Below the pieces are notes generated by a model, which was given only the letters and a program-made list of their open reading frames with translations, was not told the DNA's origin and did no database searches. This document shows positions 1 to 8,393 of a stretch of 36,958 bases of DNA, in pieces; positions within the stretch are counted from its first letter, which is position 1; each line of letters opens with the position of its first letter. Origin of the DNA: Anaerolineae bacterium (lineage in GTDB: Bacteria; Chloroflexota; Anaerolineae; B4-G1; DUEL01); the NCBI GenBank assembly GCA_041082215.1, contig JBDOIF010000024.1, forward strand, positions 1-36,958. Reading direction: 5' to 3'. Made by a program: the position numbers and the translations under genes.

Positions 1-34
<34 letters not shown>

Positions 35-37
35 GGA

Positions 38-2098
38 TTGGGGCTGGGACTGGCCCTCAGCAGCTTCTTCTGGCTGCCGATGCTGGCGGAGCTGGACGCG
101 GTCCATCTGAGCGTCGTCGGCGCGGGCCACTTCGATTTCCGCAACCATTTCGTCCCTCTGGGGGAGCTTCTGGCTCCGTCCCGCATCATGGACCTGGGGG
201 CTGTCGCTCCCCGCTATCGCTTCAACCTGGGGCTGGGTCAGTGGGTGCTGGCGCTGGTTGGGATCGGGGCTGTGTTTGTCAGACGTCAAACGTCAAACGT
301 CAATCGTCAGACGTCAGACGTCAATAAGTGTCGAACATCGGGGCTCTGGGCGGCGCTGGGGATGGGGCTGGTCTTTCTCATCACCCCTGCTTCCCGCTTC
401 GTCTGGGAGGCGATCCAGCCGCTGGCCTACCTCCAGTTCCCCTGGCGGCTGCTGGGCCCGACGGCGCTGGCCCTGGCGGTCTGTGCGGCAGCAGGCGTGA
501 CAGTGCTGCCGCCGCCCCGCTGGCGGCCGGCAGTGGCAGGCGGGATGACCCTTGTCCTCCTCCTCCTGGCCCTGCCGACGATGTTCCCCCTCCCCTGGGG
601 GCCGGATTTCGGCGACACTTCCCCCGTCGGGATCATCCGCTTCGAGCTGGAAGGGAAGGTGGTGGGCACCACCTCCACCGGCGATTTTCTCCCCCGCATC
701 GTCGAGACCGGCCTCCACCCCGAACCCAGCCTGATCGCCTCCTATGAGGGGCCGGGACCGGTGGACAAGGTCAACCGGGCCACGCTTCCGGAAGGGACGG
801 AGGTGAGGGTGCTGGAGCACGGGCCAACCCTCGACCGCTTCCACGTCACGGGCGAGCACAACTTTGTCTTTCGCCTCTACACTCTCCTCTTCCCCGGCTG
901 GCATGCCTATGTGGACGGCCAGGAGGTGGAGATCGAGCCGGGGCTGCCGGAGGGCTTCATCACCTTCTGGGTATCCCGGGGCGAGCACGAGGTGGTGGTC
1001 CGCTTTGAAGATACGCTCCCACGCCGTATCGGCTGGTGGCTATCTGCTGCAGGGGCAGTGGGGCTGCTGACAGCATCGGCGATGGTCCGGTCCCCGGCGC
1101 GAAAAGAGATGGGGACCGGAGTCTCCCGCCTGGAAATGGCCTGGATCGGTGGGGCAATTGTGAGTTTCTTTCTCTTCAAGTTTCTGCTGGTGGACCCCCA
1201 TCCGGCCTGGTTCCGTTACACCTCCCCGACGGGTGAGGCATGGGCGGCTCAGCACGTCCAGCGGGCGACGCTGGGCGGGGAGGTGGAGTTCCTGGGCTTT
1301 GACCTGCCCCGCCGTCGGGTCCGCTCCGGGGAGGAGCTGATGGTCGTCCTCTACTGGCGGGCGCTGAAGCCGCTGGAGACCAACTATCAGTCCTTTGTCC
1401 ACCTGACCTATCCCCCCGCCATCTCCTGGGGGCAGTCAGATGCCCTCAACCCTGGCGGGCTGCCGACGACCCGCTGGCCGCTGGACCGGTATGTCTGGGA
1501 CCTCCATCGGGTTCGGGTGCGGCCGGGGACTCCGCCGGGGGAGTACCGGTTGGAGGTGGGACTATATACGATGTCGGACGGGCGGCGGCTGGCGGTGGCC
1601 GGCCCGGATGGGACATCGGTGGGGGAGAGTGTGGTGCTGGAGGTGCCGGTGGAGGTGCTGCCCGCTGCCCGCCCGCCGACGGTGGTCGGGCTGGAGATGG
1701 ACGGGGAAGTGGGGGCGGCCTACGCAGGCCAGGTCAAACTTCTGGGTTATGCCGGGCCGGAGGGGGAAACGCGGGCACCAGGGTTTCTCCATCTCACACT
1801 CTTCTGGCAGGCGGTGAGGGACCATCCGGACGATCTGGTGGTCTCAGTGGCGGTGGTGGATGGGGAGGGGGAGGTGGTGGCCCTGGCCTCCGGTCCTCCG
1901 GCGGTCGGCCGCTATCCTACAGGCCGCTGGAGACGTGGGGAGATCGTGCGCGACCCCTACGCCTTCTGGCTGGGTCCCGATTTTGAGCCGGGCATCTACA
2001 CAGTCGGAGTGGTGGTGCATCGCGGGGATCGTCCCCTCACCCCTGAGGGCATGGAGGATCCCTTCCTGAAGCTCTTTGATGTGGAGGTGCGACGATGA
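38..2098 (+). CDS. Multi-pass membrane protein, GT-C/YfhO-like (6-pyruvoyl-tetrahydropterin synthase-related membrane family) with C-terminal extracellular Ig-like repeats; 5'-truncated
   Basis: 686-aa ORF with several hydrophobic helices, the motifs LALSSFFWLP, LQFPWRLL and FPGWHAYVDG, and two C-terminal 'LYW...YxxFVH/PxxRWxxG' beta modules. The true start lies upstream of the window. Confidence 0.7.
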   Translation: MGLGLALSSFFWLPMLAELDAVHLSVVGAGHFDFRNHFVPLGELLAPSRIMDLGAVAPRYRFNLGLGQWVLALVGIGAVFVRRQTSNVNRQTSDVNKCRTSGLWAALGMGLVFLITPASRFVWEAIQPLAYLQFPWRLLGPTALALAVCAAAGVTVLPPPRWRPAVAGGMTLVLLLLALPTMFPLPWGPDFGDTSPVGIIRFELEGKVVGTTSTGDFLPRIVETGLHPEPSLIASYEGPGPVDKVNRATLPEGTEVRVLEHGPTLDRFHVTGEHNFVFRLYTLLFPGWHAYVDGQEVEIEPGLPEGFITFWVSRGEHEVVVRFEDTLPRRIGWWLSAAGAVGLLTASAMVRSPARKEMGTGVSRLEMAWIGGAIVSFFLFKFLLVDPHPAWFRYTSPTGEAWAAQHVQRATLGGEVEFLGFDLPRRRVRSGEELMVVLYWRALKPLETNYQSFVHLTYPPAISWGQSDALNPGGLPTTRWPLDRYVWDLHRVRVRPGTPPGEYRLEVGLYTMSDGRRLAVAGPDGTSVGESVVLEVPVEVLPAARPPTVVGLEMDGEVGAAYAGQVKLLGYAGPEGETRAPGFLHLTLFWQAVRDHPDDLVVSVAVVDGEGEVVALASGPPAVGRYPTGRWRRGEIVRDPYAFWLGPDFEPGIYTVGVVVHRGDRPLTPEGMEDPFLKLFDVEVRR
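278..326 (+). repeat. Heptamer tandem repeat (GTCA[G/A]AC-like) x7 inside a coding sequence
   Basis: gtcagac gtcaaac gtcaaac gtcaatc gtcagac gtcagac gtcaata; read in frame as RRQTSNVNRQTSDVN. Confidence 0.9.
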
Positions 2099-3105
2099 GG
2101 GAGATGAGCAAGAGGGAGCGACTGGAGGCTGCGATCGCGGGTCTCCCTGTGGACCGTCCTCCTGTTGCCCTATGGCGGCACTGGCCAGTGGATGATCAGA
2201 CGCCGGAGGGGCTGGCTGAGGCCACGCTCTACTTCCAGCGGGAGTTCGACTTCGACTTCGTCAAGGTCACACCCTCCAGCTCTTTCTGCCTTCGCGGTTG
2301 GGGAGTGCGGGATGAGTGGCAGGGGAACATGGAGGGGACACGCACATATATCTCCCGTCCGATCCAGCGGCCGGAGGACTGGACGTACCTGCGGGTGCTG
2401 GACCCCCGGGCCGGTTCGCTGGGGGATCAGTTGCGCTGCCTGGAGCTGCTGGGGCGGGCCCTGGGGGAAGAGGTCCCCTACATCCAGACGATTTTCAGCC
2501 CCCTGGCTCAGGCGAAGAATCTGGCGGGGGAGGAACGGCTGGTGCTCCACCTCCGTCGCTATCCCGATGCGGTGCGGGCAGGGCTGGAGGCGATCACGGA
2601 GACGACGGTGCGTTTCGTGGAGGCAGCCCGGGCCTGTGGGATCTCCGGCATCTTCTACGCCGTTCAGCAGGCCCGGTACGACCTTCTGAGTGAGGCGGAA
2701 TATCGGGCTTTTGGGCGGCCTTACGATCTGCGGGTTCTGGCAGCGGCGGGGGGGATGTGGCTGAACATCCTTCACCTGCACGGCGCCGAAGTCATGCTGG
2801 ACGATCTGGCCGATTACCCGGTGCAGGTCCTGAACTGGCATGACCGGGAGTCCGGCCCCTCGCTGGCGGAGGGGAAGCGGCGGTTCGGCGGGGCGGTGTG
2901 CGGGGGGTTGTCCCGATGGGATGTGGTGGTCCGTGGTGGGGCGGAGCAGGTGAGGATGGAAGTGGCAGACGCCATCGCGCAGACCGATGGGCGGCGCTTT
3001 ATTTTAGGGACGGGGTGTGTGGTGCCGATTGTGGCCCCGTGGGGGAACCTGCGCGCGGTGCGGCGAGCAGTGGAGGAGAGGCAGGATGGTGGAGCGAGAG
3101 CTTGA
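2095..3105 (+). CDS. Uroporphyrinogen decarboxylase (URO-D) family protein
   Basis: N-terminal MSKRERLEAAIAGLPVDRPPV, TIFSP, ILHLHG and C-terminal RRFILGTGC, all typical of the URO-D/methyltransferase TIM-barrel family. ATGA overlap with the upstream gene. Confidence 0.85.
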   Translation: MREMSKRERLEAAIAGLPVDRPPVALWRHWPVDDQTPEGLAEATLYFQREFDFDFVKVTPSSSFCLRGWGVRDEWQGNMEGTRTYISRPIQRPEDWTYLRVLDPRAGSLGDQLRCLELLGRALGEEVPYIQTIFSPLAQAKNLAGEERLVLHLRRYPDAVRAGLEAITETTVRFVEAARACGISGIFYAVQQARYDLLSEAEYRAFGRPYDLRVLAAAGGMWLNILHLHGAEVMLDDLADYPVQVLNWHDRESGPSLAEGKRRFGGAVCGGLSRWDVVVRGGAEQVRMEVADAIAQTDGRRFILGTGCVVPIVAPWGNLRAVRRAVEERQDGGARA

Positions 3106-3484
3106 AATAGCGATCCGTCGTCACCTGGATCGGGAGGGAAAGCTGCCGTGTGCGGCGGCGTTTCGGGCAGCCGAGGAGGCGGGTGTGGAGCCTGCCGAGG
3201 TGGGGCGGGCAGCGGACGAGCTGGGGATCAGGCTGAACAGATGCCAGCTCGGCCTTTTCGGCTACGGTCCCAAGGCGGAGGGGCGACACAAGATCGTGAG
3301 CCCCGCCGAGGTGGTTGACCCTGGCCTGGCCCAGGCCATCCAGGATGGCCTGTCGGGGGGACAGTTGTCCTGTCGGAAGGCCTGGGATATAGCCGAAGCG
3401 CTGGGGATTCCTAAAATAGAGGTTGCCGCAGCGGCGGAAGCCCTGGAGGTCAAGATCGTCCGCTGTCAGCTAGGAGCTTTCTAG
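3086..3484 (+). CDS. Small hypothetical protein with an internal duplication (two LxC...CQLGxF units)
   Basis: ATG at 3086 after GGAGG-rich sequence. LPCAAAF...RCQLGLF and LSCRKAW...RCQLGAF form two homologous halves. Confidence 0.75.
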   Translation: MVERELEIAIRRHLDREGKLPCAAAFRAAEEAGVEPAEVGRAADELGIRLNRCQLGLFGYGPKAEGRHKIVSPAEVVDPGLAQAIQDGLSGGQLSCRKAWDIAEALGIPKIEVAAAAEALEVKIVRCQLGAF

Positions 3485-3492
3485 CCGGGCGC

Positions 3493-4191
3493 TCAGCGGC
3501 CGTGCTGTCGGAGGGTGCGGGCGAAGATAGCTTCCTGCTCCGTCCGTTCCCTTTTTCTGGGCTCGGTCTGTCGCTTTCGGCGGCGGCGCGCCTCTTCCTG
3601 GGCCCTGCGGAAGGCCATTTCCATAGGAGTGGGCAGGGCTTCTTCTTCCTCTTCGCCAGGGGTGACCTCTGCGACATCCTCCATGGTCAGATCAATCCGC
3701 TTTTTGCGCGGGTCCACCCGGAGGATACGGACCTGGATCTCGTCCCCTTCGTTGAACAGCTCGGAGGGGTGGCGGAAGTAGCGGCCGCCCATTTCGCGCA
3801 CGTGGAGGAGGCCCGGCCGCTCGGCGCCGAAGTCCACGAAGAGGCCGTACCGCTCTATCCGCACGACGCGGCCGACATAGGTTTGCCCTTCGCTGAGCTC
3901 CCGCCATTCCACGTCGGGGGGTTTGACCATAGTGAGGCCGATCCGGCCCTGGCGGGGGTCAACGTGGCGCACCCACACGGTGACGCGGTCGCCTTCTTTG
4001 ACCACATCGGAGACGCGGTCCACTTTCCGGTCGCTGAGCTGGGAGATATGGATCAGCCCGTCCTGTTCCAGGCCGATATCCACCACGGCGCCGTAGAGCT
4101 CGATGCGGCGGACGGTCCCTTCCAGTTGCATTTTAGGGCGGAGTTCTTTAATAGAAGTTGGCTGGGTCTGGCCGGTTTGCTCTTGACTCAC
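3493..4191 (-). CDS. S1 RNA-binding domain protein (two S1 domains, charged C-terminal tail)
   Basis: Two S1 motifs (YGAVVDIG..DGLIHISQL; YGLFVDFG..PGLLHVREM). GTG start with GAGGTG Shine-Dalgarno. Confidence 0.9.
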   Translation of the reverse strand: MSQEQTGQTQPTSIKELRPKMQLEGTVRRIELYGAVVDIGLEQDGLIHISQLSDRKVDRVSDVVKEGDRVTVWVRHVDPRQGRIGLTMVKPPDVEWRELSEGQTYVGRVVRIERYGLFVDFGAERPGLLHVREMGGRYFRHPSELFNEGDEIQVRILRVDPRKKRIDLTMEDVAEVTPGEEEEEALPTPMEMAFRRAQEEARRRRKRQTEPRKRERTEQEAIFARTLRQHGR

Positions 4192-4255
4192 GTTTCACCT
4201 CTGGGAGGTAGCAAGTTGTGGCCCGGTCTGAAGGGACCGGGCGTTACGCGGTGAA

Positions 4256-4284
4256 ATTATACCGTTATCGTTCGATTCTGTCAA
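4256..4284 (-). promoter_or_regulatory. Consensus sigma70 promoter of the S1-domain gene
   Basis: Minus strand TTGACA (4284-4279), 17 nt, TATAAT (4261-4256). Confidence 0.85.
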
Positions 4285-4417
4285 GCGGCGCCGCTTCGCA
4301 TAGTCATTACAGCCCCCTTTGCTTCGTGTAGTCATTGCAGCCGATGATCTTTCTGCCTTTTGGCTGCTTTTCTCTCCGAGTGCTTATTCAGGCTATGCGA
4401 AGCAATAACTCCTGCCG

Positions 4418-5254
4418 TCACCAGGCGGCGTTGGGGAAGGTGCAGATGCCAGCATGAACGCCAACCCGCTTGTACATGCGGACACCCCCAAAAGGCTCGC
4501 CCAGTATCCCGTCGTGGATGGCCCAGCTCCGGCCACGGACAGTCGCCTCCGCCCCCGGCTGGCGGAATGGGGTAGAGCCGTCCAGCCGGCGGTGGAGCAG
4601 GCCGCCAGGGGCAAACTCCTGATGGATCCATTCCATCTTCCCCCGACCCATGGTGTAGGCAAAGCCACACCGTTCAAAGAGGATGGCATTGTGATAGGCC
4701 AGCGGCTGGATGTGAAAGCGGTCATGCCCCAGCCAGACCACAAATTCCTCAAAGCGGGGGATCAGCCGCCGGGTCAGCCGCGCCCCCCGTCGCACCTGAG
4801 CGGGCGCCAGCCCGGCCTGCATGGCCCGGACCTCCTCCCCGATGTTCCGGCAGTCCAGCCCGAAATTGGTCGGTCGCCCGTCTGGCATCCGATCCACGTT
4901 GAACCGCTCCGAGTCGGGATCATTGACGGTGAAAAGCAGCACTTCAAGCTGATTGTTGGGCGTATCCGCCAGCTCCAGATAGAGGACAGGGTCCTCGGCA
5001 TCCCAGCGGTGCCGCAGGGAGATCGCCACAGAGCAGGTAGCTGGCTCACAGACGCAGGAGACCAGGGGACGTCCCTCCCGGTCGGTCAGGGAGAGGGGGA
5101 TGCCGAACTGGAGCAGGGCCTCGGGGGGGATCAGCCGCCGGTAGATCGCCTCCTTCTGGGCCGGCGGCAGGTTGTTGATCTGACGGATCGAGACCAGCCG
5201 CTGGCCTTCGACGACCAGGGGAAGAGTATTTATCGCTCCCACCGCTCTTTCCAT
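4418..5254 (-). CDS. Conserved hypothetical protein, coupled to smpB
   Basis: The protein-like part of the 368-aa ORF starts at ATG 5254 (or GTG 5242), overlapping the smpB 3' end. Motifs [26 protein letters not shown] and [13 protein letters not shown]. Confidence 0.7.
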   Translation of the reverse strand: MERAVGAINTLPLVVEGQRLVSIRQINNLPPAQKEAIYRRLIPPEALLQFGIPLSLTDREGRPLVSCVCEPATCSVAISLRHRWDAEDPVLYLELADTPNNQLEVLLFTVNDPDSERFNVDRMPDGRPTNFGLDCRNIGEEVRAMQAGLAPAQVRRGARLTRRLIPRFEEFVVWLGHDRFHIQPLAYHNAILFERCGFAYTMGRGKMEWIHQEFAPGGLLHRRLDGSTPFRQPGAEATVRGRSWAIHDGILGEPFGGVRMYKRVGVHAGICTFPNAAW

Positions 5255-5691
5255 TCCCGCCGCATCTCCCTTTCGGCGTCCCGCCGGGCGATCGCTTCCC
5301 GCTTGTCGTATTTCCGCTTGCCGCGGGCGAGGGCGATCTCTACCTTGGCCCGACCACCCTTGAGGTACATCCGCAGGGGGACAAGGGTATAGCCCCGCTC
5401 CTGCATCCGGCCGATCAGCCGGTTGATCTCCTTCCGGTGCAGAAGGAGCTTGCGCGGGCGACGGGGGTCGTGGCCATGCCGGCCTGCCGGGTCGTAGGAG
5501 GCGATATGGACGTTGACCAGCCATAGTTCGCCGTCGCGGGGCTGGACGTACCCGTCCCTCAGGTTGACCTGCCCGGCCCGGACCGACTTGATCTCCGTGC
5601 CCATCAGGACCAGGCCAGCCTCATAACGGTCCTCGATGACGTAATCATGGGTGGCCTTCCGGTTGGTAGCCACGACCTTAATGTCGCTCAC
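5230..5691 (-). CDS. smpB: SsrA-binding protein SmpB
   Basis: [48 protein letters not shown]. Confidence 0.98.
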   Translation of the reverse strand: MSDIKVVATNRKATHDYVIEDRYEAGLVLMGTEIKSVRAGQVNLRDGYVQPRDGELWLVNVHIASYDPAGRHGHDPRRPRKLLLHRKEINRLIGRMQERGYTLVPLRMYLKGGRAKVEIALARGKRKYDKREAIARRDAEREMRREWKERWER

Positions 5692-5692
5692 C

Positions 5693-6955
5693 TCATTCCC
5701 CTGTTCGCAGGTACTGGATCGCCCGCTCGAGCTGGGGGTCCTGACCCGGCTCCAGCTCCTCCGGCATTGCCACCTCGATGTCGGGCGTCAGCCCCTTGCC
5801 GTGGATGGCCACGTCGCTGGGGGTGAACCAGCGAGCGATGGTCACCCGCAGCTCCGATCCGTCGGAGAGCCGGTAGGGGCGCTGTACAGACCCCTTGCCG
5901 AAGGTCTGCTCGCCGATCAGCACGCCCCGTCCCCGGGCCTGGATCGCTCCGGCGACGATCTCCGAGGCGGAAGCGCTGCCCTGGTTGACCAGGACAATCA
6001 GGGGGAGGTCCTCCACAGGCCCACCGCTGTGGGAACGGTAGACCTGCTCGGAGCCGTCGGAGGCCCGCTCGATCAGGACAACGCCGTCGTCGAGGAAGAG
6101 ATCGGCCACCTCCACCGCCTGGTCCAGCCATCCGCCGGGGTTATCCCTCAGGTCGAAGATCACCCCCGATGGGTTCTGGGCCAGCAGTTCGTCCAGCGCT
6201 TCCTCCATCTGGGAGGCCGCTGTGGCGCTGAACTCCTGCAATCGGACGTAGGCGATGTCCCCCTCCAGCATCTCCGATTCAACCAGAGGGATCTCGATGC
6301 GGGCACGGACCACCGTCACCTGAAAGGTCCCCTCCTGGCCTGGCCGCTCGATCGTCAGCGTGACCGAGGTCCCCGCAGGCCCCCGGATGAGAGCGATCGC
6401 CTCGTAGATTCCAAAGCCCACGATGGATTGTCCGTCCACTTCCAGAACCCGGTCCCCTCCGTGAAGGCCAACACTCTCCGCAGGCGATCCGGGGATCACG
6501 CTGACGATCTCCAGCTTGCCGTCCTCCGTCATACGGACGAAAGCGCCGATCCCCTCAAAGGTGCCGGAGGCATCTTCGTTCATGATGGCTGCGATGTCTG
6601 GTTCGATGAAGGAAGTGTACTCGTCCCCCAGCGTTTCCAGCATTCCCCGGATAGCGCCGTAGGTGACGGTCTGCATATCCGGCAGCTCGCCATAGTAGTC
6701 CCGCTGCAGGATCTCCCAAACCTCCCAGAAGAGCTGGAAGGTCTCCTCCTCGGGACGGGATGGGGTGGGGGGGGGCAACGAGGGTGGTGTGGAAGGTGTA
6801 GGGGAGAGGAAAGTCGCCGGTTCGGTGGAGGGGGCCAGGCGGGTTGTCACCAACTGCGACGCGGCAAATCCGGCGACAAAAGCCACAACGGCGGCAAAAC
6901 CTACAAGAGACAGGACAAGCAGAATTCGGACCCAACGCCACGATCGTTCTTGCAT
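5693..6955 (-). CDS. S41A family carboxy-terminal processing protease (PDZ plus S41), paralog 1
   Basis: N-terminal anchor, PDZ (FEGIGA), DLRDNPGG, catalytic SASASEI and TFGKGSVQ. Confidence 0.95.
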   Translation of the reverse strand: MQERSWRWVRILLVLSLVGFAAVVAFVAGFAASQLVTTRLAPSTEPATFLSPTPSTPPSLPPPTPSRPEEETFQLFWEVWEILQRDYYGELPDMQTVTYGAIRGMLETLGDEYTSFIEPDIAAIMNEDASGTFEGIGAFVRMTEDGKLEIVSVIPGSPAESVGLHGGDRVLEVDGQSIVGFGIYEAIALIRGPAGTSVTLTIERPGQEGTFQVTVVRARIEIPLVESEMLEGDIAYVRLQEFSATAASQMEEALDELLAQNPSGVIFDLRDNPGGWLDQAVEVADLFLDDGVVLIERASDGSEQVYRSHSGGPVEDLPLIVLVNQGSASASEIVAGAIQARGRGVLIGEQTFGKGSVQRPYRLSDGSELRVTIARWFTPSDVAIHGKGLTPDIEVAMPEELEPGQDPQLERAIQYLRTGE

Positions 6956-6958
6956 TTC

Positions 6959-8146
6959 TCATTCACCTGATTGGAAGTATTGAACCCCCCGGTCCAGCGG
7001 CGGATCCTGCAAGCCGTCGGCCGGAGGGGTGGGGATGTCGGGGGCAAGGCCCTCGACGCCGACGGGCTGGCGGTTGGGCAGGAGCCAGACGGCGGTGGTG
7101 ACGTGGAGGACGGAGCCGTCGGAGAGGGTGTAGATGAGCTGCACGGACCCCTTGCCGAAGGTCTGCTCGCCGATCAGCACGCCCCGTCCCCGGGCCTGGA
7201 TCGCTCCGGCGACGATCTCGGCTGCGCTGGCGGTGGAGCCGTTGACCAGGACGACCAGGGGCAGCCGGGCGGCGAGGCCGTCTGGCTGCGCCGTGAAGGT
7301 CTGTTCCTCTCCCCCGCGGTGGGCCTCATACAGGACGACGCCGCCGTCCAGGAACAGGTCGGCCACCTGGACCGCAGGCTGGATCAGCCCGCCGCCGTTA
7401 TCCCGCAGGTCCAGCACCAGCCGGGAGATGCCGGCGGCGAGGAGTTCTTCCAGCGCCCGGGTTGCCTCTTCGGGGGTGCGGTCGGTGAAGCCCGTGATGT
7501 GGAGATAACCGATAGTCGGGTCCTGATCCAGCACCCGGTAGGAGACGCTGGGCACCTGGATCTCGGCCCGGGTCACCTGCAGGTCGAACGGCGGGGTGGG
7601 GGGGCGGGAGAGGGTGAGGGTCACGGTTGTACCCACCTCCCCCCGCAGGCGGACGTGGATCCCGTCCAGCGACTCCGTGATGACGGAGGAGCCGTCCACA
7701 GCGAGGAGCACATCTCCTTTCCGGACCCCGGCCTGTTCGGCGGGGGAGCCGGGGTAGGGGGAAAGGACTACCTGTCCTTCCGCGTCGCGCCAGAGGTCAA
7801 CGCCGATGCCCCCATAGGCGCCGGCGAGCCGGTCCCGTTCGATCTCGCCCGGCTGGGGCTCAAGGAAGATGGTGTAGGGGTCGTTCAGCAGGGCCAGGAC
7901 TCCGCGGATGGCCCCGTATGTGCGCTGGCGCGGGGGCGGGAGCTCGCCATAGAAATTTTGTTCTACAATATCCCAGGCCTCCCAGAAAAGCCCCAGCGGG
8001 CGGTTGGTCGGGCGCTGGGCGAGGAGCCGCTGGGTCAGGACGCCGCCGAGGCAGGAGAGGAGGAAGATGGCAAGAAGCAGGAAGGCAGGATAAGGAAAGA
8101 GCCATCTGGGGCGGGTTATTGAATCGTGCATTGGTTTGTCGGTCAT
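6959..8146 (-). CDS. S41A family carboxy-terminal processing protease, paralog 2
   Basis: [32 protein letters not shown]. Start placed at ATG 8146, just downstream of a -10 box; the exact start is uncertain. Confidence 0.93.
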   Translation of the reverse strand: MTDKPMHDSITRPRWLFPYPAFLLLAIFLLSCLGGVLTQRLLAQRPTNRPLGLFWEAWDIVEQNFYGELPPPRQRTYGAIRGVLALLNDPYTIFLEPQPGEIERDRLAGAYGGIGVDLWRDAEGQVVLSPYPGSPAEQAGVRKGDVLLAVDGSSVITESLDGIHVRLRGEVGTTVTLTLSRPPTPPFDLQVTRAEIQVPSVSYRVLDQDPTIGYLHITGFTDRTPEEATRALEELLAAGISRLVLDLRDNGGGLIQPAVQVADLFLDGGVVLYEAHRGGEEQTFTAQPDGLAARLPLVVLVNGSTASAAEIVAGAIQARGRGVLIGEQTFGKGSVQLIYTLSDGSVLHVTTAVWLLPNRQPVGVEGLAPDIPTPPADGLQDPPLDRGVQYFQSGE

Positions 8147-8162
8147 GGCTGTTCTCGTGGGT

Positions 8163-8190
8163 ATTGTAACACGGTACAGGAGGGATGCAA
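8163..8190 (-). promoter_or_regulatory. Putative promoter of the S41-S41-smpB operon
   Basis: Minus strand TTGCAT, 16 nt, TACAAT; divergent from the recombinase promoter. Confidence 0.5.
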
Positions 8191-8270
8191 CTTCACAGGC
8201 TGAAGACAAAGAGAATCTCCGTGACCTCCGTGTCGCCGTGGCTGCTCAAGAGCCAGTCTGGCGGAGGCAC

Positions 8271-8299
8271 TTGACAGAATCGGCGGCGCAGTGTATAAT
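8271..8299 (+). promoter_or_regulatory. Perfect consensus sigma70 promoter of the tyrosine recombinase gene
   Basis: TTGACA (8271-8276), 17 nt, TATAAT (8294-8299). Confidence 0.9.
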
Positions 8300-8324
8300 T
8301 CGTATAGTTTACCTTATACGAATC
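8297..8324. other. Palindromic lox/dif-like recombinase-binding site
   Basis: Perfect 9-bp inverted repeats ATTCGTATA (8298-8306) and TATACGAAT (8315-8323) around the asymmetric 8-bp spacer GTTTACCT, about 70 bp upstream of a tyrosine recombinase gene. Confidence 0.75.
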
Positions 8325-8393
8325 AAACCTACCAGCTCGGGCAGAGGGAAGAGGGGCCTGCCCCACCCCACGCCGGGGCAGTCAGGAGGCAGG

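Noticed and set aside
4285..4417. tmRNA (ssrA) near smpB
   Set aside because: The gap is too short and has no tRNA-like ends.
8136..8393. Longer N-terminus of the recombinase as given in the ORF track
   Set aside because: It would span the promoter and palindrome; ATG 8394 has a proper SD.
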